20,468 nucleotides of DNA from Candidatus Woesearchaeota archaeon (GTDB taxonomy: Archaea > Nanobdellota > Nanobdellia > UBA10117). The DNA is taken from NCBI GenBank assembly GCA_964619325.1, contig CAZUEL010000005.1, positions 19,770 to 40,237 on the forward strand. Direction: 5' to 3'. Numbering within the stretch: the stretch's first letter is position 1; every line of letters begins with the position of its first letter. The notes under the pieces were generated by a model. That model worked only from the letters and a program-made list of their open reading frames with translations. It was not told the origin of the DNA and searched no databases. Positions 12,782 to 20,468 of this stretch are shown in pieces. A program made the translations under genes and the position numbers.

Positions 12782-12819
12782 CTCGTCATATTTTTAAACT
12801 AGATTTGTTATTTAGAAAA

Positions 12820-13407
12820 ATGGCCGCTAAAGGGTTTCCAATCAAGATGCGGGCAAGGCTGCACGGGCCAGCCCACAGCCACCGCAGGGGCGAGTCTGAC
12901 CCGATCTCCAGAATAGAGCACGCGCAGGCCAGGCTGGAAAAAGTTGCAGATGAAGTCCTGACCGAAGTCGCGGCGCTCGAAAAAGTCAAGAAATCTTACC
13001 TAAAAAGGCCGCAGTTCCCGTGGATGACTGGCCAGCTGTCCATTCTTACTTTGCAGGACTTTGTCGGTGCGGCGTTTGGCGCGATGTTTTTTGTGATGAC
13101 GCAGGAGGTCTGGGATGTTGCAAAACGGCTTAATGTATTTGGCATGCTGGCGTTGGTGGTGATAGCATTTTTGCTTGGATTTTCGCTCGTTTATCTGTCA
13201 CGCCGGAGAAAATTCATAGACGAGCAGTTGCACATGCACGCGATCACGAGGGCGGTAGAGCTCTACGGTGTCTCATTCGTGACCGCGCTTGCATTCATAC
13301 TAATCTTAGGGACAGCACCAGCTTCTGGCCAGATCCTGCCGCAGGCCATTCTCATAACGTTGCCGGCTGTTGTGTCGGCGGCGACTGCGGATTTATTGTT
13401 CTTTTAA
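12820..13407 (+). CDS. Integral membrane protein (hypothetical; possibly DUF2391-like)
   Basis: I moved the start to the first in-frame ATG downstream of tRNA-Ile (12820). The track ORF begins at 12532, inside the tRNA. ATTTTTAAAC lies about 25 nt upstream. The C-terminal half has four hydrophobic helices (FVGAAFGAMFFVMT, MLALVVIAFLLGFSLVYL, etc.). Confidence 0.7.
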   Translation: MAAKGFPIKMRARLHGPAHSHRRGESDPISRIEHAQARLEKVADEVLTEVAALEKVKKSYLKRPQFPWMTGQLSILTLQDFVGAAFGAMFFVMTQEVWDVAKRLNVFGMLALVVIAFLLGFSLVYLSRRRKFIDEQLHMHAITRAVELYGVSFVTALAFILILGTAPASGQILPQAILITLPAVVSAATADLLFF

Positions 13408-13515
13408 GTTGCGAAATTGATTTAATTGTAATAAATATACAAGTTTATGATAATTACGGATATATATAGATTTATATATGTGAGAATTTTTAAGCCTCTC
13501 GCGAAAACAGAAAAC

Positions 13516-15036
13516 ATGGCCACAGTCGCAAAGCTAGCTGATAGTTTGCAGGACAACGAGATTCTCGTCCTGAAAGCCCTGAAAAAGAACAAAGCCAGCA
13601 ATGCCGAGCTGCAAACACACACAAAACTCGACCAGTCCACGGTGGCAAGGTCTGCGCTCTGGCTGCAAAATAAAAATCTTATTAAAACCGCAGAGACAAA
13701 AACAGTTTTTGTGTCCCTCACAAAATTGGGAAAAACTTACAGAAATACTTACTTGCCCGAGAGAAAGTTCCTGCTTGCCCTGAAAAAAGGTCCGATAGAT
13801 CTCATGCATCTTGCCAAAGACACCGAGTTGGATGAGAACGAATCCCGCGTCGCGCTGGGCCACTGGAAGGAGCAGGGCGCGGTCAGCATCAAAAATGGAA
13901 AAGTCGAGCTAAAGGTTCCGGACCATCTGAACAAGAAAACGCTGGAAGAGGAGTTCATTGAGAAATTTACAAAATCTGATGAGATCGAGCATGAATCCCT
14001 GGCGCCGGAATACAAAGAGGCGTACAACAAACTGAGAAAGCGCGGCCTCGCATCACAAGAGGAAAAAACCGAGAGAATTTTTGAAATCACTGACACTGGC
14101 GCCAAGGTTGCAGATGCAGTTAAGCCCGGCGAGAAGATTGGCCAGCTAACATCAGATATAATCAAAAGCGGCGAGTGGCAGAAGAAGCCATTCCGCAGGT
14201 TTGATGTCGAGGGCCACGTCCCGGAATTATTCATCGGCAAGAAGCAGGCGTACGCAAGATTTTTGGAAGAGGTGAAGGATGAACTGGTCGCTCTTGGATT
14301 TGAGGAAATGACTGGCCCGCTTGTTGAACTCTCATTCTTCAACAACGACGCGCTCTACATGCCGCAGGACCACCCTGCGCGCGGGATTCATGACATCTAC
14401 TCAGTTAAAGAACCAAAATACGGAAGTCTTGAAAACTACAAACATTTTCTGAAAGCTGTGAAAGAGGCACACGAAACCGGCGGCAAGACCGGAAGCACAG
14501 GCTGGCAAGTCCCATTCAGCGAACAGGAGACGGCAAAGCTTGTGTTAAGGACGCAGGGGACTGCGTTGTCTGCAAGAACGTTGATGCAGAAAGATTTGAA
14601 AATTCCAGGCGCGTATTTCGCGGTCGCGCGTGTGTTCCGCCCAGATGTTTTGGATGCCACGCATCTTTTAGAATTTAACCAGACTGAAGGAATTGTCTTA
14701 GATGAAAGTGCGAACTTGAAAAAATTGCTGGGCCTGCTTGCAGAGTTCGCAAAGAAAATTACCGGTTCCAACAAAGTGAGATTCAGGCCGCACTACTTCC
14801 CATATACTGAGCCGTCCATCGAGGTTGATATCTGGAGCCCGGCACTAAACAATTGGGTTGAAGCTTTAGGGGCTGGCATCCTCCGCCCAGAGGTCACACT
14901 GCCGCTCGGCGTGAAAGTTCCCGTGCTGGCATGGGGCATCGGTGTTGACCGGCTTTTCATGATTCGCGAAAACATCTCAGACATCAGGCAGCTGTTCAGC
15001 CAGGATGTGGACTGGCTCAGGCGGAGGAAAATCTAA
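13516..15036 (+). CDS. pheS: Phenylalanine--tRNA ligase alpha subunit (archaeal/eukaryal type)
   Basis: It carries class II motifs (FRPDVLDATHLLEFNQTEG; GAGILRPEV; AWGIGVDRL) and an N-terminal winged-helix-like extension. The start is set at ATG 13516 (MATVAKLAD...) rather than the AT-rich upstream extension from 13447. Confidence 0.93.
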   Translation: MATVAKLADSLQDNEILVLKALKKNKASNAELQTHTKLDQSTVARSALWLQNKNLIKTAETKTVFVSLTKLGKTYRNTYLPERKFLLALKKGPIDLMHLAKDTELDENESRVALGHWKEQGAVSIKNGKVELKVPDHLNKKTLEEEFIEKFTKSDEIEHESLAPEYKEAYNKLRKRGLASQEEKTERIFEITDTGAKVADAVKPGEKIGQLTSDIIKSGEWQKKPFRRFDVEGHVPELFIGKKQAYARFLEEVKDELVALGFEEMTGPLVELSFFNNDALYMPQDHPARGIHDIYSVKEPKYGSLENYKHFLKAVKEAHETGGKTGSTGWQVPFSEQETAKLVLRTQGTALSARTLMQKDLKIPGAYFAVARVFRPDVLDATHLLEFNQTEGIVLDESANLKKLLGLLAEFAKKITGSNKVRFRPHYFPYTEPSIEVDIWSPALNNWVEALGAGILRPEVTLPLGVKVPVLAWGIGVDRLFMIRENISDIRQLFSQDVDWLRRRKI

Positions 15037-16688
15037 TGCCAAACATTGAAATCTCACTTTCAGATTTGAAGAAGCTGGTTGGGCCAAAGATGCCTACAGA
15101 CTTGGAAAAACTAGAGCCATACATCTGGATGGTGAAAAGTGAGATTGAGGGCTTGGAAGGTGATGTGCTGACAATAAAGATCGGCGATACAAACAGGCCC
15201 GACCTCTGGTGTGCCGAAGGAATCGCGCGTGAATTGCGGGGCGCGCTGGAAATTGAAAAGGGCTTGAAAGAGTACAAAGCTAAATCCTCAGATTACAAAG
15301 TTTACGTTCACGCAAAGCTGGAAAAGATTCGCCCCTACATTGCCTGCGTTGTCGTGAAAAATGTAAAACTCACAAATGAGTTAATCAAACAAATCATGCA
15401 GCAGCAGGACAAGATTGACGGCACGTATGGCAGGAAACGGGCAAAGACATCAATTGGTTTGTACAAATTTGATTTGCTGAAGTGGCCACTGAAATATGCG
15501 GTTACAAAACCAAATGAAAATGCGTTTGTGCCACTAAGCTTTTCTGATAAACTTACACCAAAACAAATTCTGGAAAAACATCCGAAGGGCCTGGAATACC
15601 AACACTTGCTGAAAGGCCTGCCAGAATATCCAATCTTCCTTGACGCTGATGGGAAAGTTCTATCGATGCCGCCAATCATAAACTCAAATGACTTGGGGCA
15701 GATTGATGAGGGCGTAAATAATATTTTAGTCGAAGTCACTGGCACAGATTATGATGCAGTCAATAATGTTTTGCGGATAATGGCGATGACGTTTGCAGAC
15801 CGCGGGGGCGAGCTGCACCAGGTGGCTATTGATTATACAACACGAAAGCAGGATGTCACGCCGCACTTTGACACAAAACACTTTGAAATCAAGGCAGAAG
15901 ATGTTAGCAAATTGCTTGGCGAAAGATTGACTGCTGAAGATGTCGTCCGCGCGCTGCAAAAGGCAAGATACTCCTGCCTTGCTGAGAAAAATGTCGTCCA
16001 TGTTACCGTGCCCGCTTATCGGACAGATATCATGCACCAAGTGGATATTTACGAAGACGTTGCAATCTTCCACGGGTTTGATAGGTTCAAGCCGGAAACC
16101 ATGGCACTGCCTTCTGTTGGAAAATTATCTGACGTCGAGAAATTATCCCGCAAGATTCGTGAGCTCTGCATCGGCACCGGGGCGCAGGAAGTGATGAATT
16201 TCAGTCTGACAAATGCCGAGTCGCTGTTCGGCCACATGAATAACCCAGTTGAAGATGTGATTGAGATTGAGAATCCTGTTTCATTCACGTTCTCTGTTTT
16301 GCGGAATGGCCTGCTGCCATCGCTACTGGAGTTTTTGTCACATAATACGACAAAGGAATTCCCGCAGAAAATATTTGAGGTTGGCGATGTCGTCGTGGCA
16401 AATCCAAAATCCGAGGTTGGCTCGGACACAGTTCGCAAGTTGGCTTTTGCAATCTCGGACACAAACGCAAACTTCACGGATGCGAAGCAGGCTTTGGAAT
16501 CTGTCGCAAAAGGCATGGGCTGGAAATTAAGCTATAAAGAATTGGAACATTCGAGCTTTATTGCTGGCCGGTGTGCTGCGATAATTAAAGAGGGGAAAGA
16601 AATTGGGGTTATTGGGGAGATCGCGCCGAAGGTTTTGTTGAATTGGGGATTAGGGATGCCTACAGTGGCTTTTGAATTTGCTCTTTAG
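15036..16688 (+). CDS. pheT: Phenylalanine--tRNA ligase beta subunit (archaeal/eukaryal type)
   Basis: The ATG overlaps the pheS TAA by 1 nt (taATG). The 550-aa length and B3/4- and B5-like regions (GDTNRPDLWCAEGIAREL, MPPIINSNDLG) are typical of archaeal PheT. Confidence 0.93.
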   Translation: MPNIEISLSDLKKLVGPKMPTDLEKLEPYIWMVKSEIEGLEGDVLTIKIGDTNRPDLWCAEGIARELRGALEIEKGLKEYKAKSSDYKVYVHAKLEKIRPYIACVVVKNVKLTNELIKQIMQQQDKIDGTYGRKRAKTSIGLYKFDLLKWPLKYAVTKPNENAFVPLSFSDKLTPKQILEKHPKGLEYQHLLKGLPEYPIFLDADGKVLSMPPIINSNDLGQIDEGVNNILVEVTGTDYDAVNNVLRIMAMTFADRGGELHQVAIDYTTRKQDVTPHFDTKHFEIKAEDVSKLLGERLTAEDVVRALQKARYSCLAEKNVVHVTVPAYRTDIMHQVDIYEDVAIFHGFDRFKPETMALPSVGKLSDVEKLSRKIRELCIGTGAQEVMNFSLTNAESLFGHMNNPVEDVIEIENPVSFTFSVLRNGLLPSLLEFLSHNTTKEFPQKIFEVGDVVVANPKSEVGSDTVRKLAFAISDTNANFTDAKQALESVAKGMGWKLSYKELEHSSFIAGRCAAIIKEGKEIGVIGEIAPKVLLNWGLGMPTVAFEFAL

Positions 16689-16730
16689 TTTTCAGTCGTA
16701 CAAAGAAAAACAAAATATCAGAGTGATAAT

Positions 16731-17693
16731 CTACGCCCTAACTCCACTCCCACAAATCGTTTCCAAAATTGCTGTGCATACCTCATACGAATCAGCATTT
16801 GCAGCTGGCCTGCGGTCTTCTAGGTAGCCCTTGCCGGCCTGTGCAACGTGCAGGGGAATCCTGACGGATGCACCGCGGTCTGCAACGCCCCACCGGAATG
16901 TGTTGATGTCACAGGTTTCATGCCGGCCTGTCAGGCGCTTTTCGTTTCCAGCACCATAGACTTCGATGTGTTTGGCATGGCTTGTGCTAAGTTTTTCACA
17001 GGCTGCCTCGATGTGTTTAATGCCGCCAGCATCGCGCATATATCTCGTACTGAAATTTGTGTGCGCACCCGCGCCGTTCCAATCTCCTGCTTCTGGTTTT
17101 GGGTCGAGCTTTGCGCTGATGCCGTGGTCCTCGCCGATTCTATAAAGAAGCCATCTGGCCAGCCACAACTCATCCGCAATTTGCGGCGGCGAAAGCGGCC
17201 CGACCTGGAACTCCCATTGCGCTGGCATTACTTCTGCATTTATGCCGCCGATTTTCAGGCCAGCAGCCAGGCAAGCCTTCAGATGTGCCTCCACGAGCTC
17301 GCGGCCGTAAACCTCATCACTGCCGACGCCGCAATAATACTTGCCCTGCGGCCCAGGAAAGCCCGCACCAGTCGGCCATCTCAACGGGCGAACACCGTCT
17401 TTATCGTACAAAGTATATTCCTGTTCGATTCCGAACCAGGGCTCCGCATCCTTGGAACTTTCCGCAGCAGCCCTTAATCGCGCCCGTGTGTTAGATTTGT
17501 GCGGCGTTCCGTCCGCGTTGAGAACTTCGCACAACACTAGTATGTGTGGCTGGCCCCGTATCGGATCGGGAACATAATGGACTGGGCGTAAAATAATATC
17601 GCTTTGCGTTGTTGTGGCTTGGGCGGTGCTCGAGCCATCTGACGTCCAGTCGAGAATCTGTTCGAGAGATATGCTGCCAGTTAATTCCAGCAC
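16731..17693 (-). CDS. glnA: Glutamine synthetase, type II (eukaryote-like); the longest uninterrupted ORF lacks the conserved N-terminal strand
   Basis: GSII hallmarks are present: WFGIEQEYTL, FPGPQGKYYCGVG, NAEVMPAQWEFQVGP, GAGAHTNFS, RLTGRHETCDINTFRWGVADRGASVRIP and GYLEDRRPAANADSYEV. The GTG start at 17693 is only the first start codon after an in-frame TAG (see the next feature). Confidence 0.9.
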   Translation of the reverse strand: MLELTGSISLEQILDWTSDGSSTAQATTTQSDIILRPVHYVPDPIRGQPHILVLCEVLNADGTPHKSNTRARLRAAAESSKDAEPWFGIEQEYTLYDKDGVRPLRWPTGAGFPGPQGKYYCGVGSDEVYGRELVEAHLKACLAAGLKIGGINAEVMPAQWEFQVGPLSPPQIADELWLARWLLYRIGEDHGISAKLDPKPEAGDWNGAGAHTNFSTRYMRDAGGIKHIEAACEKLSTSHAKHIEVYGAGNEKRLTGRHETCDINTFRWGVADRGASVRIPLHVAQAGKGYLEDRRPAANADSYEVCTAILETICGSGVRA

Positions 17694-17726
17694 ACGTGTT
17701 TTGGAGCGCAGTTTTTTTGTAGGTAT

Positions 17727-17771
17727 CTAGCCATCAATCCAGATGTATTCTGCTAAAATTTGTTTTTGCAT
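17727..17771 (-). other. In-frame upstream fragment of the glutamine synthetase gene (MQKQILAEYIWIDG) ending at TAG
   Basis: The reverse complement of 17691-17771 reads atg caa aaa caa att tta gca gaa tac atc tgg att gat ggc TAG ata cct aca aaa aaa ctg cgc tcc aaa aca cgt GTG. This gives MQKQILAEYIWIDG*IPTKKLRSKTRV, the conserved GSII N-terminal motif (xxYIWIDG...LRSKTR) split by a stop at 17727-17729. Confidence 0.8.
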
Positions 17772-17869
17772 TTTACACCAACAACTTGCATCTACTAGAA
17801 CAAAGGGTTTTTATTTGTTTCGCCGGAGTGATTGAATAGTTATTTCTCCGGCCCCATATCGCTAAATCA

Positions 17870-19321
17870 CTATTTAGCGGAATGGTCGCCTTCGGCTCCC
17901 ATAAACGGAAAGAAAATAACTTCCTTGATGCTCGCTTGATTCGTCAGCAGCATCACAAGCCTGTCGATCCCTATGCCCTGCCCGCCAGTTGGGGGCAGGC
18001 CATACTCCAGCGCGCGCAGGAAGTCTTCGTCAATCGCCTCCAGCCATTTTTCATCAGCCTTGGTGCGGGACTTGACCTGCTCTTCCAGAAATTTCCTTTG
18101 TAAAATTGGGTCGTTTAATTCAGAGTATGCGTTGCCGAGCTCCATCCCGCAGACAAACGGCTCAAACCTCTCAACAAGATGCGGATATTTTCTGTGCAAT
18201 TTGCAGAGCGGCGTAGTTTCGCAAGGGTGGTGCATAATAATTGTCGGTTGGATGATTGTTTTGTCAAAGCTCTCAAATATCGCGTTAATCAGCTCGCCCC
18301 TTGTGGAATTTTTATCCGCCTCGATTTTTTTATCAGAACAACATTTTCTAAGTTCGGAGTCGGACATTTTTTCGACATCAAGCTTCAGGTATTTTTTTAT
18401 TGCATCCGTCATCGACAGCCTCTCCCACTTGCCCACGTCAATCTTGTGGCCCTGCCACTCAATCTTTGTCGTGCCGAGAACTTTTTTGCAAACAGATTTA
18501 ATTAATTCCTCAAATAAATTCATCATCTGCCCATAATCGTAGTACGCGATGTAATATTCAATCTGTGTGAATTCAGGATTGTGCCGGACATCTATGGACT
18601 CGTTCCTGAAATCCTTTGCAAATTCATAGACGCGCTCAAACCCGCCGGCAATCAGTTTTTTCAGGTAAATTTCGTTTGAGGTCCTCAGGTAGACATCCAT
18701 CTTCAAATCATTCATGAAAGTTTTGAACGGCTTGGCTGCTGCGCCGCCGTAGATTGGCTGCAAAACAGGGGTCTCAACTTCCAAAAAGTTTTTTTCGTTT
18801 AGGAACTCGCGGATTGCGTCAATAATTTTTGTGCGCGTGATAAAAATTTCTTTCACTTTTGGATTCATAATCAAGTCAACGTATCTCTGCCGGTATCTTA
18901 TCTCTGCGTCCTTGAGGCCATACCACTGGCTCGGCAGATGGCGGAGTGATTTTGTAAGCACCACGAGTTTTTCTGCTTTCACTGAAACTTCACCGCGCTT
19001 TGTTTTTGCGGCTTTTCCTTCCACGCCAACAAAATCGCCGGCCTCTAAATATTTCAGCAAATCATAATCTTTTCCAAGCGCATCCTGTGCCAGCCAGAGC
19101 TGTACATCTCCAGAGCCATCCCGCAAATCGCAGAACGCGAGCTTACCATGTTCTCTAATCGTCATCAACCTGCCAGCCACCGAAACTTTCTTGCCTTCCA
19201 GCTTTGCAAAATTAGAAATTATTTCTGCGGCGTGATGTGTCTGGTTAAATGAGTAAGGGTATGGTTCTATGTTTGCTTTTCGCAGGGCATTTAGTTTTTC
19301 CAGCCTTTCGGGGTCAGCCAT
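17870..19321 (-). CDS. lysS: Lysine--tRNA ligase, class II
   Basis: It has an N-terminal OB-fold anticodon-binding region. Class II motifs are present: FRNESIDVRHNPEFTQIEYYIAYYDY (motif 2) and GLPPTGGQGIGIDRLVMLLT (motif 3). Confidence 0.93.
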   Translation of the reverse strand: MADPERLEKLNALRKANIEPYPYSFNQTHHAAEIISNFAKLEGKKVSVAGRLMTIREHGKLAFCDLRDGSGDVQLWLAQDALGKDYDLLKYLEAGDFVGVEGKAAKTKRGEVSVKAEKLVVLTKSLRHLPSQWYGLKDAEIRYRQRYVDLIMNPKVKEIFITRTKIIDAIREFLNEKNFLEVETPVLQPIYGGAAAKPFKTFMNDLKMDVYLRTSNEIYLKKLIAGGFERVYEFAKDFRNESIDVRHNPEFTQIEYYIAYYDYGQMMNLFEELIKSVCKKVLGTTKIEWQGHKIDVGKWERLSMTDAIKKYLKLDVEKMSDSELRKCCSDKKIEADKNSTRGELINAIFESFDKTIIQPTIIMHHPCETTPLCKLHRKYPHLVERFEPFVCGMELGNAYSELNDPILQRKFLEEQVKSRTKADEKWLEAIDEDFLRALEYGLPPTGGQGIGIDRLVMLLTNQASIKEVIFFPFMGAEGDHSAK

Positions 19322-19400
19322 ACACCTTAAGACAAAAAACTTTGTATTTAAATCTTTATTGGTGCGGAAGTTTTATATGACTAACTGTGTTTGAACGCAC

Positions 19401-20468
19401 ATGCCAATAAATCCCGCCGTAATGCTGAGCGAGCAGGATAAAGTGGACTTCCGGCGGATTTCTGATTTGCTCGGGCGTGAAGGCAGGGCACTCTCGGCGG
19501 AAGAGGTTGCAACAACGCTTGGCCTGCAGGTTGAAATTGAGGGCAAGCTGGAACTGGACGTTAGGCGCGCAGAGTGGCTGTTGTTAGTTGGCGCCGGCCG
19601 CAGAAGCGATTTTGCCCGCAAATTTGTTAGGGGCACGTCATATTTCTCAATAAACCAGACGCCGAGCGCAGGGGTTATTTTTCAGGGCCAGCGGGAGTAC
19701 TCGCACTCAGATCCTATCAGGAGATTTCTTGCTGCGTTAAGTGATAATCCTGCCGGCCAGACATTAGAGCAGTTAGTCAAACTTACGGGGGTTCCAAAAG
19801 CTCGCGCTCAAGAAATACTGCGCAGTGAAACCCGTGAGACTGACGGGGATAAAGGGTTCTTCCGAGTGGCTAGCGCTGTGCGACAAAGTAAAAGAAATGA
19901 AACAATATATCTTTTGCAGGAGGAGCTGGCGCCTGAGGAGCAGATAGAACGGCTTACTGCGTGCGGCCTGCGTACATTATCAAAAAATGAAAAGTTTGTA
20001 AGACTGACGGGTATTTTTGCAAACGCGATTGCACATGTAAATTTTATACCTGTGGAAGCTGCAACAGTTTTTGCGCAGCGGATTGCATATGCATACTACA
20101 TTACTCAGAAGCATGAGGCACATGCGTGGCAGAAGAGCCGTCCGATTAGAGACGAAGTTGAAGAGCGGCTATGGATGAACCAACACAAAGGAGATCCTCG
20201 CGATTCACTTGAAGCAATTTTACGCAACATGCTTAAACGGCATGAGGAACATACAGAGTTGAGTGTTGTGTTGACTGACAATATATTTTCAATAGAAGAG
20301 CGTGGAGCAGGTTATAGTAATCTTGCCGGCCTCGCCAACAATCTCAGGTTTGAACTTAACCTGCGTCATGGCGGGGAGTGGCGCCATCACGTCACTGTCT
20401 TGGACATGGCGCGGGTGCTTGCCGCCCAGACACCAGAGGGTGCAGTGCAGGCAATCCTTAATCTGCCC
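19401..20468 (+). CDS. Partial (C-terminus beyond the window edge) hypothetical protein with two helix-turn-helix-like segments
   Basis: It is absent from the track because it runs off the window. I translated it from ATG 19401 and found 356 sense codons with no stop. A TATA-like TTTTATATG lies about 25 nt upstream. The segments ALSAEEVATTLGLQ and QTLEQLVKLTGVPKARAQEIL look HTH-like. I recognise no family. Confidence 0.6.
   Translation, partial: MPINPAVMLSEQDKVDFRRISDLLGREGRALSAEEVATTLGLQVEIEGKLELDVRRAEWLLLVGAGRRSDFARKFVRGTSYFSINQTPSAGVIFQGQREYSHSDPIRRFLAALSDNPAGQTLEQLVKLTGVPKARAQEILRSETRETDGDKGFFRVASAVRQSKRNETIYLLQEELAPEEQIERLTACGLRTLSKNEKFVRLTGIFANAIAHVNFIPVEAATVFAQRIAYAYYITQKHEAHAWQKSRPIRDEVEERLWMNQHKGDPRDSLEAILRNMLKRHEEHTELSVVLTDNIFSIEERGAGYSNLAGLANNLRFELNLRHGGEWRHHVTVLDMARVLAAQTPEGAVQAILNLP

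Noticed and set aside
12532-12819. N-terminal 96 codons of track ORF 12532-13407
   Set aside because: This part lies entirely within tRNA-Ile and its introns. A TATA-like box and the first ATG after the tRNA (12820) give a sensible start for the membrane protein.
13447-13515. Upstream extension of pheS (MIITDIYRFIYVRIF...)
   Set aside because: It is an AT-rich promoter-like sequence containing TATA-like elements. ATG 13516 gives a typical PheS N-terminus.
17727-17729. Genome-wide reassignment of TAG (e.g. pyrrolysine or other sense recoding) as the explanation for the in-frame stop in glutamine synthetase
   Set aside because: TAG is the apparent terminator of many genes here (2730-3149, 5107-5700, the pilin, 12099-12479, pheT, lysS and the GS gene itself). 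In each case sensible ends and downstream signals follow. There are no pyl genes in the window.
3728-18536. Long antisense ORFs inside confident genes (3728-4201, 6161-6700, 13749-14345, 15335-15745, 16049-16516, 16848-17477, 17973-18536)
   Set aside because: Each lies wholly opposite a gene with strong family motifs (pilin, ATPase, PheS, PheT, GS, LysRS). Their composition is Ser/Cys/Arg-rich shadow-frame sequence, and I saw no independent start signals.

Overview
This window looks like an archaeal chromosomal segment. The evidence is TTTAAA-type TATA boxes about 23-30 nt upstream of genes and tRNAs, class III (prepilin-type) signal peptides, an archaeal/eukaryal-type two-subunit PheRS, and intron-containing tRNAs. 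A small-genome, DPANN-like lineage is my inference only.

Layout:
- 1-2257: two divergently transcribed cysteine-rich secreted or anchored proteins. The minus-strand one runs off the left edge and is absent from the ORF track.
- 2303-9589: a tightly coupled 10-gene type IV pilus locus of the archaeal Epd / bacterial Tad-like kind. It holds five prepilin-like genes, a basic protein with a possible winged helix-turn-helix (wHTH) segment, a FlaI/TadA-family ATPase, two single-domain T2SSF platform proteins, and a separately promoted candidate major pilin.
- 9658-12781: four tRNA genes (Pro-TGG, Lys-CTT, Ala-GGC, Ile-GAT). Three of them are interrupted by seven introns in total, mostly at non-canonical D-loop and T-loop positions. 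Interspersed are a small nucleotidyltransferase-fold gene, tiny membrane proteins, a Nudix hydrolase and membrane proteins.
- 13516-19321: housekeeping genes pheS and pheT, a eukaryote-like type II glutamine synthetase whose conserved N-terminus is cut off by an in-frame TAG, and a class II LysRS.
- 19401-20468: a 3'-partial unknown ORF, also missing from the track.

I saw no rRNA, CRISPR array, transposase, integrase or prepilin peptidase. The most unusual features are the multi-intron tRNAs, with long structured introns and a recurring T-loop insertion site, and the pilus locus with a Gly8-linked six-cysteine mini-domain inside one pilin-like protein. All calls come from reading the sequence by eye. 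No searches or folding programs were run.
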